DNA from: Puccinia triticina
Lineage: Eukaryota
Reading direction: 5' to 3'
DNA length: 64,000 nt
NCBI GenBank assembly: GCA_026914245.1
Contig: CP110439.1
Location: forward strand, 3,534,001-3,598,000
Made by a program: the position numbers and the translations under genes. Below, one piece after another: positions 47,169 through 59,699 of the stretch. Each line of letters starts with the position of its first letter. Positions within the stretch are counted from its first letter, which is position 1. The notes beneath the pieces were generated by a model that did not search any database, was not told where the DNA came from, and saw only the letters and a list, made by a program, of their open reading frames with translations.

Positions 47169-47246
47169 TAACCCAATGGCTAAAGGCTATGTTAAGATTG
47201 ACCTTGATCTTGTGTGAGATCCTGTGTTCAAGTCCTCCTGTTGTCT
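47169..47246 (+). repeat. tRNA-like (A-box/B-box) repeat, copy B
   Basis: 70/78 identity to the reverse complement of 11614-11691, followed by a T-rich tract. Confidence 0.6.
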
Positions 47247-47544
47247 TATAATATTTCTTTTGTTGCAATCATCACTTTATCTAAGTATGTTAAATCCACA
47301 GTTTCATGGAAATTGGGTTCATGGGTTCACCCTCCCCCTTTCCCAAAAGGCCCCAAAAGGGGCCTGCCAGTGGCACAGTGGCCAACTTGGCAATATTTCC
47401 CACAGTTCCCTTCTTCCCAGGCAGAAGTATGTTTGACTTTGCTGCCGTGTGAATTAAATTTTAAGTCCCCAAACATTAATGCCTCGGACTGATCCCCCAA
47501 TTCATGAACCATGAATGAAAAGGGACCGCATTCTCCCACCTCTG

Positions 47545-47865
47545 CCTGTTGCAAATGCAAGGGGAGAGAGGTGGGCAAATGGTTGGTTAAATAAATTGCC
47601 CAGCCTGAGCAAGTGCAACAGGGGAGTAAAATTTACCTCAACCTGTGCAAGTGCAACAGGGGAGGTTTTTTCCTTCTTTGTGTGATGAATGTTTTGACCC
47701 ACCTTTGCAAGCGCAGCAGGGGGAAAAGATAAGACATAATCAGCCTGCGCAAGCGCAACAGGGGATTGAGATAAAAGATTAAAGCCCTCAAACCTTTGCA
47801 AATGCGAAGGCGGAGAGTGTTAACCGACGGATCGTGCTCAACCTCCACAACTGCGAGAGGGGAAC
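47545..47865 (+). repeat. Array of spaced (T)GCAAGYGCAACAGGGG motifs, probably transposon subterminal
   Basis: About six copies at 35-65 bp spacing. Confidence 0.55.
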
Positions 47866-48659
47866 TCGACCCGTGAAGGTCCAGCCCCCGTCGAGGCGCC
47901 TTTATTTATTGTCTGCCTCCCCTTGCTCCTCTTTTTTTCTCTAGATCAACAGCGCACACATGTTTCAATAAGTCTAGGAGTCCTCCCCATTTTGGGGTAC
48001 TCCAACACTGCAAATCTTTACAGTCGCGTGGCGCTGTCCGAGACAAGCGACTGGGACCCTTCAAACAAAACAAAACAAATCAGAACTTCGCCTTTAGATG
48101 ACCTGCACACTTTTTTGTTGTTATGGATGTATATGTTCACACCCGGGCCAGAACCGCTTTTGGCCAAGGCGGGTCTTTTTTGACGGTTCTCCCTCTCGAA
48201 GATGCTGCGCCTTTGCTGTACCTTCCTAAACCACGAGAGGCTTTGACTGTCACGCAGCTTTGTACAGGGAAATATCGCTTCCCAGGTCATGAGGGTATTG
48301 TTGCTGGTAGTGATCCCTCAATCACGAAGGCCGAGCTGCTTCTTGTGCATCCCCAGGAGTCCTGCCGATCCCGCCCGCCCGCTACACAGGCCACCAAAAC
48401 CTCCTCGGCCTGCTCATACTTGCCCAATGCTGTTTGCTTCGCCTCCGGCCACGGCTTTTCACAATGGAGTGAAGGCTCTAGAACCCAGCTGTTGAATACT
48501 ACCTGACAAGGTAGAGGGCCCTGTGGCTGCAATCATGTATCTCACACACTTCGCCGAGGTCTAAAACCACTCGCCCACCATCATTGAGAATAGCCCCCCC
48601 CCCCCCCCCCCCCCTTCCTCCTTGAACTAAGCCTGACCCCCAGGAGGGGGAGGAGAAGT

Positions 48660-49290
48660 AGGCCGGTCATCGAGAGGAGCGATGACCAGAACCCGGTCAT
48701 CGAGAGGAGAAACACACCTCTCGGTGACCGGGACCAGACCGTTCATACATTGAGGGGATCAAGTGCTCCTCTCGATGGGTCCGTTTTCCAGTCATCGAGA
48801 GGAGTCAAGACTCCCCTCAATGACCGGAGCGAACTGTTCATCACTCATCTCGTTGAATGGTTCGCTCCGGTCATTGGGGGAGTGTTTCTCCTCTCAATGA
48901 CCGGGTCTGTTCCGGTCATCAAGGAGATTAAGTAATCCTCTTGATGACCGGATCTGCTTGGTCATCGAGTGGATTAAGTACTCCTCTTGATGACCGCAAC
49001 GGACCCGGTCATCGAGCGGAGTACTTAATTGCCTCGATGACCGGTCTGCTCCCGGTCACCGAGAGGTGTGTTTCTCCTCTCGATGACCGGTTTTGTTCTG
49101 GTCATCGAGAGGTGTGCTTCTCCTCTCATTGACGGATTCCGTTCCAGTCATCAAGAGGTGCGTTTACCCCTCTCAATGACCGCAACGGACCCGGTCATCA
49201 AGAGGAGTGCTTAATCCCTTAGATGACCGGTGATTTGCACTCCACATGTGTGCTGGCCGGTCGTCGGGGGAGTGTGTATCCTCCGCACTG
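48660..49290. repeat. Third GATGACCGG/CCGGTCATC repeat array (non-autonomous element, ends unresolved)
   Basis: Dense short palindromic units CTCTCGATGACC...GGTCATCGAGAG. Confidence 0.75.
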
Positions 49291-50807
49291 TGGGCCTGCG
49301 CCGGCCGGCGGCACGGCACAGCGGCTGACTTCTGCCCCTCGAACTATGTTTTTGAGGGGCTGTGTCCCCAGGTCATTTGTGGCAGGTTAGATATCCCCGG
49401 GGGAGAGTCACCGGGGGATCCAGCTCATTAATGGGTATTTATTTTTCACCCTTGTCTTGTGTGAAAGTGAGTGTCCCAAAATTTCCAAAAGAATTGTTGG
49501 AGGGGGCGGGGGGGGAAATCTCTTCTGCCGCATGGCAGAAAAAAAATGAGAATTTTATGGTTTTTCATCTGCAGTGCACAATTAAGCGTTTTGAGCTTCC
49601 GCGCACTATGGCCGGGATGTTGAGTGGACGCCCCCTGCAGTGCGCAAAGAGTTTTTTGTGCACAAAGTACATCCATATTTCTTTTAGAGTGCGCGTCATT
49701 TGTCCTGTAGGAACACATGTAACTGAACTACTCTCTGAATCACATTCACAAAGGAATGAAGTTCAATGCCAGATTCCTCTGTTTTCTTCAGCCTCAGAAC
49801 TGTCAGGGGCCTTGTCCGTGTTATTTGATTACTGGTTCATACAGCTGTAGTGAAACCTTCTCTTTCTCAGAAATTGTGTCCAGGAACAGTGCGGGTATGA
49901 CTGAGGCTCATCAGGCTTTCTGTCCATTCCTAGCAATGGTGTCTGTAACATACCAGGATGGGGTTGGATATTTATTGTCTGTTGCATCTCTCAGCAAGGC
50001 ATTCTTCTACACATCAATTCTCCATAATCTCTATACTGACATGGTTCCAAATTTCAACATATAACCACAGATTGATGGCATTTTTACAACTCTGTGTGGA
50101 TTAATAGTTTTTTTATTTTTCCTTCCACAATAAAAACATGTAAATTCTCAACCCTGAAGCAAAGAAGGTGAGAGTCAGCCAGTGTATGCAAATTGTTGGC
50201 AGGTGATGTGAGGCAACCTCATAGTGTCTTGTATATTTCCCTACAGCATCATGACAATTCAATTGGATCAGGATATACCATTGGAAACCCAGGGATCCAA
50301 AGAGAAGTTCTTGTAGTACCAAGTGGGTTGCACACTCAGAATTCCAGGTGTGCTTCACTGCACATAGCAAAACCTTTCACCATTGTCATGACTACACCCC
50401 CTCTTTGAAGAGACCCCAGACTTTTTTTACCATATGTTGTCATTATGGTCATTCTTGGTCTCAAGAGTGCAGTAATCCAGCTTGATGTTTCCACTGGCAT
50501 ATTACCTGATTAGGATAAGAGATTTTTTGTATGAGAAAATAACACTACTTGAAAATTGATTATGCTGTGAATATTTTTCAAAAACTTTTGGGGTGGTGGG
50601 ATAATTTGGTTCTCCATTTGTTGGCTATCATCCATCATGTTTTTTGAAGTGAAATTTTGATCTTGCTGCTATTCAGATATGTACATGTTTTTGACAATAA
50701 TTCCTCCTTCAGTATCCATTTCTTTACACAAAAGAGGTGGGGGGGGGGGGGGGGGGGGGGGGTTGTGGTTTAGGGTATGTTACCCTCTTTCCCCAAAGGT
50801 GCAGCGG

Positions 50808-51427
50808 TGTAGCCGCTTTGAACTCTAGTATGTACTAAACTGTATGATTTCACACTTATTATGTATTTACCTTGATTGAGAATAACACTGTACTAGTGGA
50901 TTATATCTCTCTATGGATTTACCATCATACATAGAGAGATTACATAATTATTCATGTAATTCCTCCTCTGAATTCCGTGGACCTCTTCCCCCTCCTTGGA
51001 GTTAAGGATCCCTCTGGGGCCTTGATTTGAAGGAGGATCAGGTCCCTGTAGGCTGTAATATAAAAGGGGGATATTTCCTCTGAAGAGATCTTTCCCCCAA
51101 GATTATTACCATACAAACCCGTGCACCTTACTAGAATCATAGTGAGTGGGGCTTTACAATAATCAACAAACCTTTCTTTTTTTACAGCCTCAGTCCCTTT
51201 TGTGTATTTTCCTAGGTACAGGTGGGTTTTATAACACCTGTAACCTAGAAGATAAGAAGCTCATTCCTTAAGCTACGGCGCCTGGCTTGAGTTATTGCCG
51301 TGTCCCCTTGAATTTTTAAGGGAGCTAGCCCCTCCGCTATTCAGCGCCGAGGCGTGGTTTATTCCCATTGGCCTGAATAGGTTATAGTGTGGCCCTAATT
51401 CCGCTGGCCGCTATCCAAGCTGCTACA
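50808..51427. mobile_element. Probable solo LTR (620 bp)
   Basis: TGTAGC...GCTACA inverted termini, flanks GCGG/GCGT, TATA-like internal motif, no coding sequence. Confidence 0.5.
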
Positions 51428-51474
51428 GCGTGAACTCAAAACCCTATCAACTCCGTGTCACCAAAGAGACCGGA

Positions 51475-51960
51475 GCTGACACAGCTGATGCTCAGCTTTG
51501 GCACCGGCCACCTGATGATCATCTTTGGCCCTGGAAAAGCTTATGCTCAGCCTTGGCAGTGGCTCAGCTGATGCTCAGCTTTGGCCCCAGCCTAGCTGAT
51601 TTTCAGCTCTGGTCCTGTCCAAGCTGATTCCCATCTTTTTCCCTGGCCTGGCTCAGCTAATACTCAGCAAGCTGAGCATCAGCTGGCCAGCTGGCCCAGG
51701 ACTGGGTCAAAGCTGAACATCAGCTGGGACAGGACTAGGAAAAGGCTGAGCAAGGACTGGTACAAAGCTGAGAATCAGCTGCGCCAGGACTAGTACAAAG
51801 CTAAGCATCACCTGGGCAAGGACTAGTAAAAAGGCTCTATTCCAATTCTGAGAGTGAGCTGCGTGAAAAGGCTGAGTATGAGTTGGGCAAAAAAGCTGAG
51901 TATGAGCTGGGTACCAAAGCTGAGTATCAGCTGGACAGAACTGAGGATCAGTTGAGCACA
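51475..51960. repeat. GCTGATGCTCAGC repeat array that flips orientation near 51670
   Basis: Units of about 28-33 bp, direct then inverted. Confidence 0.75.
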
Positions 51961-52975
51961 TCAAAAACTGAACAGGACCTACTTGGTAAATTTTGGAAGG
52001 TGAGGAGATGGTTGGGAGATTGGGGTAGATAGTGGATAGATATTGGATAGATGGTGGGTAGCTGGCTGGAGCTGGCCGTGTGATGTCACTTGTCATCAAC
52101 TGACTATTTTATTTTCCTGGTGCTGTTAGGTCTCTTAAGCCAAGCTGATGATGTTCACGGACTCACGTCCAGCCAAGACTTTGTTGAAATGGCCACACAG
52201 CTCAAATCTTGATTTCAAGCACCTTTGGTGGTTCTATTGCTTTATGTTATTCCTTCTACCCTCGATGCCAATGGTTCATCATATCAAGACGGCTACAAGA
52301 ATTGGTTTGCGACTTGGAATACCCAGCTCATCTTAGCCACTGAGAAATTCATTAATGTTGCTAAATTACTTGATGGCAATCCTTCCTAGCTTTTCTTTCT
52401 CTGGTTTCTCCCTCAGTGTGCATAGGTTGAGTGTTTTGACCCACTCACCTCTTCCAAAAGAAGAACAAGTCTGCGACTATGCAGCTGTGCTGCTGAACTC
52501 TGTTAAACACACCCTAAGCAAGGTTTATATCTACCAAGTCAGGTTGAATTGTATTGGGAATGTAGTAGAAAGGTTTTGTGGATTCAATCGGCTATGCTTG
52601 TTTGCCTGAAGACTGAAATCGTGTGGATTGAGTCAAGCCTATTAAGCTGTCAAGTTGATCACGATTCACATGAGTTGTTTCACAAATCCCCAAGCACATA
52701 GCTCTTGTTTTCTACCCAGATGAGTTGAGCGCAACTCAAATATCAATGTAGCCTGTTATTATTCAATGCCATTTTCCAACGCGGTACTCCATGATTTTAG
52801 CTCTCGATTAGATTGAACTGATGCAGATGACGGTGATACAAATAGTTACAAGCTCTTAAAAACGGCCTCCATTCTGAAAACTCATTCATTGGGACACTCC
52901 TATGGTTCTTCTACCCTTTTGATTTTGTTCAGACCGAGGGATTTCCAGGTGAGGATTGTTGCCTTGGCTAACGAG

Positions 52976-53519
52976 CTATCTCAAGCCTTTATCGAGTAGA
53001 TCTTTTGCTTCGTTAATTTTGCTGGCCATGTATGGACTTCCGCCTCGATCAGGATGATTGGCCAACATGATCCTTCTATGAGCATCTTTCAATTTGTTCT
53101 TTGTCACCTGCGACTCTCTACGGAAAATCAAAATTGGGGAAAAGTAGGCAAAGATAATCAAAATCAAAACATAGGCTCCGAGTCTTATAGCTGGTAATGA
53201 TCAATCTAACTTGAGACCTAAGATATCCCTTGCTTCTTTTCGATCCATCTTGGCTTGGAATCCACCGACATGCCAATCTCCTGTCAATTCGCCAATCTTC
53301 TTCGCTCGAGGTTTGCCGGCAATCATGTTCATCATGGGTGAGAGGACCTGTCCATTTGATCTTGCTGTCCGCAGCGAATACCTTAGTAGGACTACTCCTC
53401 CGATTCCCTGTTGAGCGGATAAGTTTGAATGAGTCCGAATATCGCGGCTGTGTTTTCTACGAGGTAGATCTCCGTAAGTACTCAACTGATGCGGCGGCTA
53501 TGGCTAGTGGGGTGAGCAT
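52976..53519 (-). CDS. PAM18: Mitochondrial import motor J-protein Pam18/Tim14, two introns
   Basis: [60 protein letters not shown]. Exon 1 boundary is less certain. Confidence 0.95.
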
Positions 53520-53727
53520 GTTGTCCTCCTGGGGGCGATGATGTTTCGGAGCCCGTTCTGCTGGTCTCACCCGCAACAAGAAGTTGGAGATGGACCCCCC
53601 TTTGAGGCTTGAGGCGGCGGTGGATTATGGATATTCATAATGGGTAGCTCACCTTGGGCTTCCGGATATTTGGCGTGGCTGAACAAAAAACCGGGAGCAA
53701 CCTGCCCTCGAAGCCAGACGGTCGAAG

Positions 53728-55884
53728 ATGGCCAACCAGCTCATCAAGCAGAACATCAAAACACAACTACTCAGAATCGCAAGCACCAAGCCATCGACCC
53801 ACTTCAGCCTGCCCACCTGCTATCATCCTACCACTCCGTCTTCATCGTCAACAATAACAACCACTGCATCTGCTCCATCGCCAGATCTTCAAGCTCAACA
53901 ACAGCCCATCCATCACCATCAACCACCACGAACACTCCCAGAAGCACGACCAGCCTCAGAACCAAGGTCGCTCTCAGATCACGAAATATCCTCTTTCTAC
54001 CGCGATTTAATCTCATCACCGCTGCCCAACCCAACCCAGCCATCAACGACCCCTGAGCCACTACCGACACCACAAGACCTCCAACGTGAGTGGGGATTTC
54101 AAAAACTGCAGATTATTGCGTCAAAGAAGAAACCTTAAGCCTATTTATTTTTTGGATTTCTGCGGGTCATCCAGCGGACCTTTCATTCTCCTCAGATACT
54201 CACTATGTCGAAGTCCATCGATTACTCCATCTCACCACCAACGGACCGGTGACTGCCTTCCAGAAGGCAGATAAATATGTCCGCCGACTCGAGAAAGCCG
54301 GTGATCCGCCAAGCACGGAGGTTTATCTCCAGCTGTTCGATTTCATCAATCATGTGTCTATGAAACGAGTAACCTCAATTGATCTGTTCAATCGATTGCG
54401 ACTTCTGGCCCATCCTGATCCACCGATCTCGATTTGGAACGCCCTTCTAAGAGCATTAGCTTCTGGTGCAAGCACTCAACCCGAGAGAGCGATGGATGCA
54501 TTCCTGGACTTGAAAGCAAATGGCCAAGCTCCGACCGTAGAAACGTACAACCATTTGATGCGCTCTATGATCCGCGCCAGACGGTCTGCCATCGGAACTT
54601 TCGATCGTAAGACGGGCTATGAAAAATGGTACTACAGCGCTTTAAGACTGTTGAAACAAATGATCGATGATGATGGTCTGAGGCCGGATATGGGCACCTT
54701 CTTGGTTCTCCTGGAAGGTGCTAAGCGACTGGGAGATCTGGAAAGGGCCAAGTGGACTTACGGCTTATTTCTACAACAACTCAACCAGGAGAAACATAAC
54801 CCATCGGCCAAGGTCCAGGAAATCGTCTGGATGCATGTCTCCGCTACAACCTCTTTATTCCAGACTTACGCCTCCTTCTCACCAGTCAACAAGTATCTGC
54901 TCAGCCATCAGAAGAACCAGAAAAAGAAGGCGACAGGCGATGAGCCTCCTCAAGCAGTTATCCAATCTTCGCTAAATGATCCCCATTTTTTCAAAAACAT
55001 TCCTCAAACAACACCCGAGATCCTCAGTGAGATTGAATTGATTCTTGCCCAATTCATCAATCCAACGAACCAATTCCGCATGCGAACGCGTCACCGGGCC
55101 GACCAGAGACAACTATCGATGTTAATAAGCTCATATCTCTCCGTTTATTCTTCCCATTCGACGATCGAGGAGTTGTACTCGAAATATAAGACCCACACCC
55201 ATCCGATCAGCGACTTCAACCAGGGCCAATTGGGTGCGGTGCGGATCAGTTGGACCTATTTGATCCTCTTAGAACGCTGTGAGTTCCTGAGGTCGGCACA
55301 AAAAGCCGGCCAGGTCGGCAGGGAAATCTTCCGCGAATGGCAGACCAACCAGCCCGCGTTGTCGCAGTTCGAGTTGGTCCAATCAGTCGAATCTAGATTG
55401 ATTAGCCAGATTTGGGCCGCATGGATTAGGTTGCAGGCTAAGTTGAGTGACATGTTTCATCACTGCGCCGATTCACTCCCTTATCATCTGGCCAGATTAA
55501 TCTCGTCCGGAACATACTCATTGCTGACATTCCTTGTCGGTCTCACATAGATATGGTTCCACCGAAGAAGCGATGCGAGAGCTAGAACGGTTCTATAAGA
55601 CATACCCGCCCAAGTTCCTTCCAAAGCCCAAAGGCCAAAAGGACGATGAACAAGGAGAGGAAGAATCGCGCTCATTGACGACAGTCGGCGCCCCGCCTTC
55701 CTCCTCCAGCATCGCAGAGTCAAACCATATCCTCAATCTTCCCTATCTGTCCTTCCAACATCTGGAAATACTTCACCATAAACTGAAGCTCAGCGAGGAC
55801 CAGAGATCGATCAAGCGCCTCCAATCGATCGTCAAAAAGTATGCCTCCCTCCTTCCTCTTTTCAACCAATCTTTGCTCGCCTAA
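53728..55884 (+). CDS. Pentatricopeptide-repeat protein, probably mitochondrial; exons 53728-54085, 54196-55441, 55551-55884
   Basis: PPR-like units PPISIWNALLRALA, PTVETYNHLMRSM and PDMGTFLVLLEGAKRLGDLERA. Splice phases are consistent. Confidence 0.85.
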
Positions 55885-56226
55885 TGTAGAAGATGAGGGA
55901 CCTGATGTCTTGAAACTCTGACGTGTCCATACTTAGATACGAGACCGTCAGGAGAAGTGCGTATGACTTCAACGAGCTCGAGAGAATCAACCGGATCCAA
56001 AAAGGATATTAAGAACCGTTAACAAACTCGACCATCTGTACATTCATATACATATCCCTACTTTGGCCACAGCATCTCCAGATTTTCTTTCATGGGATTG
56101 AATCGCTGTCTTTTAACTTGTATCTCTGCATGTTGCATGTTCTTCATGATCTTTATTCCAAGAAAATGTTCGTGTCTTGAGTAACACATGCGGGATCGTA
56201 AACCGACGTTTTGCGATGGTTCGTAT

Positions 56227-56331
56227 GGAGATATGGCCGAGTGGTCTAAGGCGCCGTCTTAAGGTGAGTCCTCCCGTCCGGGTGGGTAATCCGGCGGTCT
56301 TCGGGCGTGGGTTCGAATCCCACTGTCTTCA
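56227..56331 (+). tRNA. tRNA-Leu(AAG) with a 27-nt intron (56265-56291)
   Basis: Acceptor GGAGATA/TGTCTTC, D arm GCCGAGTGGTCTAAGGC, anticodon stem CCGTC/GGCGG, T arm GTGGG-TTCGAAT-CCCAC, T6 terminator at 56334. Confidence 0.95.
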
Positions 56332-56494
56332 AATTTTTTGATTGCATGACGGGGGCAGGGGGCTGTCCTGTACTCTGGGGGACAAAAGTTTGGTTGTTTT
56401 TGTTGTATGAATTGTCCATGAATGTGTTTAGAAAAAAAAATCTTATTGCTTCACTCAGGGTGTTGTTTAAATGTCTTGTGAAACTGGTTGCATC

Positions 56495-56655
56495 TATGGT
56501 ATTCAAAATTGCATAAGACTTTTTTACATAAAATCATAAACTGCAATTTTGGCTGGGAGATGTCACTTTAAGTTTTATGCACGTTGACATCTCCCAGCCA
56601 AAATGGGATTCATGATTTTATGTAATCAGTGGCATATGCAATTTTGAATACCATA
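56495..56655. repeat. About 160-bp imperfect palindrome
   Basis: Nested pairs TATGGTATTCAAAATTGCATA, TTACATAAAATCAT and ATTTTGGCTGGGAGATGTCA with their reverse complements. Confidence 0.8.
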
Positions 56656-58024
56656 ATCCAAGACATGGACTGCATTGTTGCATGCCCCCAATACCTCAGT
56701 AAAGATTGGTTGCATGTGGCTACCAGGATGACAGTTTTTGACACCATGACATGGACTGATTGGCTACTGGTTCAAACTCAATGGTCTCACCAAAACTGCA
56801 TATCCCCATTGTATGTGTATAGATCAGAGCATTGAGCTGTTTAGATCCTCCAGGTTTCATTGAATTTGAGAGGGACTGTCTGACAGAGTTTTGGTGTGGT
56901 CTCCCATACCTGAAAGTATTGGGAGTTTGTCAAAAGACACCCAGACACTGTAAAATGGACTTCATGTGAGACACTGTAGACAAATGACCATATTGATCAT
57001 TCATAAAAGGTGTTTGGCAACTTGGAAGTTTGCAAGAGTTGTTCACATATAATTTTCCCAATCCCATCAAGTATATTTTGGACAGAAACAACAGAACACA
57101 CAAGATTCTTATTCACAAATTATCTATTCTTTCATCAAGCTAATATTTGAAAAATTGCTGAGAATTTTCAACATGTTGGCTCCATTGTATAAAATTCTGA
57201 CACTGGAAGTAGTGCAGTTTTTTCTTCAAATTTCAAGAGGTTGTTCCAATAAGCCTCCAAATTAATCTGCTATGATGTCTTCTGGGAAAAATATTTAGGA
57301 AAGGCGGGTACAACCCTCCTCAACCAGGGGCCTGCACTTCAGTCATACATGTGGTTTGGACATGAACCTAAAGGTGCCAATTTTTATGAAGTGTCTCTAC
57401 ATGATGACCCTGCAAATTCAATCAAGGAGGCAGTTGGACTCACAGATTTACATGTGAGTAATTCTTTGAATCAAAAAATTAGAAAACAGGTAAATTTAGG
57501 TCATAAATTACAAATTCAGGGGCAACATTCAAACACAAAAAGTGCTTTGATGGAAGAAGTAAATCAAAGTGAGTCAGAACCCCTGAAATGAAGAATGCTT
57601 CTATTTCTGAATTGATTTCTGATTCTATTTATGAGGATACAGGACTTGAAAGAAAATATGGTGAAACTAAATGCCCAACTTGCCTTGATGACTTGACACT
57701 CCCTGGTGCAACTATATCCATGAAACATGGAAAAGATGTTTGTGCAAGATGCCCACCCCATGAAGGATGGCTTGATTTTTTTCATATTCTCAGTGAACTC
57801 ATTTGGGAAGCCTAAAATATCCCCCACCTACTCAACTTTCATCACCTGTGAATTTCAAAACCACAATATAGAGTGGGGCTAATACTGTAGAGTGACCAAG
57901 TGTTGTACTGTTATGGGGTAAGCTGAGTACAAGTAGTTTGCTGGGAGAAATGACAACTGGGGGGAGGAGAACCTCCTTAAATAGAAAAGAGTGAGACATT
58001 TTAGCTCCAGGGGAACAGGAGACT

Positions 58025-58165
58025 GAGGGATTTTAGCTGGTGGTTGACAGGTAAGGTGAGATAATGATGTCATATGAGGGAATTTAGCTAGTGGTTGACA
58101 GGTCACATAAGGTAATGATGTCATATGAGGGAATTTAGCTAGCCTGGACTGTCAAATGATGTCAT
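58025..58165 (+). repeat. About 51-bp tandem repeat, 2.5 copies
   Basis: TGAGGGAATTTAGCTAGTGGTTGACAGGT...TAATGATGTCATA. Confidence 0.75.
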
Positions 58166-58345
58166 TGTCACATGCTGCCATCCTGTCATGATGTAATCTG
58201 CAAGCTGCATGAGGTGTTTTTGCTAGCTTGACACCTGCATGATCCTGCATGATGTCATCTGTCAACTGTCAGACTTCTGCCCCTATTACATTAGTCTGCA
58301 TGCGCCTGCATTAGAGAATGTCAAAACGGACCCAGGTATAATTTA

Positions 58346-58745
58346 CACCGCCGGTACCCGTGTGTTTTTTTCCAAAAACAGGCACCCAGCACCGCATCTG
58401 GCACCGCCTGGCGGGTACCAGCGGTCTTTTAGGCGGGTACCAGCGGTCTTTTAGGCGGGTACCAGCGGTACCCGCCAGCTTTTTTTCATCAAAAAGTACA
58501 CCAAGAGGTGTCCTTGATGACCGGAATGGACGTGTCATCAAGAGGTCCTCCCCTAGATGACCCCAACAGGTTGGTCATTGAGGGGAGGACCTCTCAATGG
58601 GCAGAAAAGCGATGACCAACCTGTTCCGGTCATCAAACGGGTCGGTCATGGTCATTGAGGGTGCTCCCCCAACGACCAGCACGCACTTGTCATCAAGGGG
58701 AGTAGAGATGGCCATTAGCACCCGCTGGCGGGCACCTGCCACTCT
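58346..58745. mobile_element. Fourth CACC-initiated element fragment with GCGGGTACC and GATGACC repeats
   Basis: TTA|CACCGCCGGTACCCG left end. Right terminus is degraded. Confidence 0.55.
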
Positions 58746-59699
58746 TTAGCATGTAGGGGTTTTTATTACACAACAAAATCATGTACATATTGTCCTTTCA
58801 TGAATGCTTGGACTGATTTTCAGCAAGGTTCGCCAAAATCCTCCAATTTCAATCTTAGGTTTGGCTTTTGTCTCCTTTCTTCAAAAGCCATGATCTGTCA
58901 AGGATCTCTCCAATGTCGTCATCAACAATCACGGCGGCCACAGCTGCCACCATTCCTGGCCGGTCAATGGCCAACAGGGAAGCTACTCCCAAACCAACTA
59001 AATCCAGCTTCCCTTCAACCCGCCAACCACATCCGTCAAAAAAATACCAGACCCACTCCGGAAACCTCGTCTTCTGCTGCCAAGGCAAACTGGTCAGCTC
59101 GTGTCCAGCCCACTCGATCCCACTGACCAGACGGCGGACAAAGACCGTGGTGGAGGCCGAGCAATAGGCGACGGCCACGACGGCTCTATCTGCCGCCCCA
59201 GACACTCAGTCTTGACTCGCTGGCCCTGCTACTTGGCCTGTCCGTCCTTTTTCTTTCTTGTCTCGCTTGTTCACCATTCCTTGGCCATCGCCACCGCCCT
59301 TGTCGCCCTCTTCGCTTAGATCTGGCTGCTCGTGCTCAGCTCAATGGCTAAGACTGTCTAGCAACCCCAACATCCTGCCCTGCGGCCTCAACCCAAAACC
59401 GGAAATTGCGTGGAACTTGAAGCCCGATTCCATCGCCCTCATCCCGCTGACCCTAGGATCTGTTTGGGTACAAGCAGCTCGGCAAATGGGAGCTTCAAGA
59501 TGGAAAGACCCATACAAACCGGCGCAATCTTCCACCCATATTGACAACCAGCAGCTGCTGTTGCTCGACTTCATCTCTAAGGAGGAAGTCAGTTGGATCC
59601 AGTCCAAGTGGTGCATCACCTGCGAGTGGCCCCCGAGATCATTGCATGTTGACTCGTTGAGTTACAGCATTCTCAACTGAAACATGTCCTTTTCTTTTT

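Noticed and set aside
49700..50720. CpG-poor stretch that looks like decayed coding DNA
   Set aside because: No motif I can assign; left unannotated.
48594..50762. Long poly-C/poly-G runs (also near 11480) as G-quadruplex signals
   Set aside because: These are simple homopolymers of uncertain length in repeat context, with no further support.
58800..59680. Cluster of 70-140 aa ORFs
   Set aside because: Overlapping low-complexity frames with no splice-consistent model or known motif.
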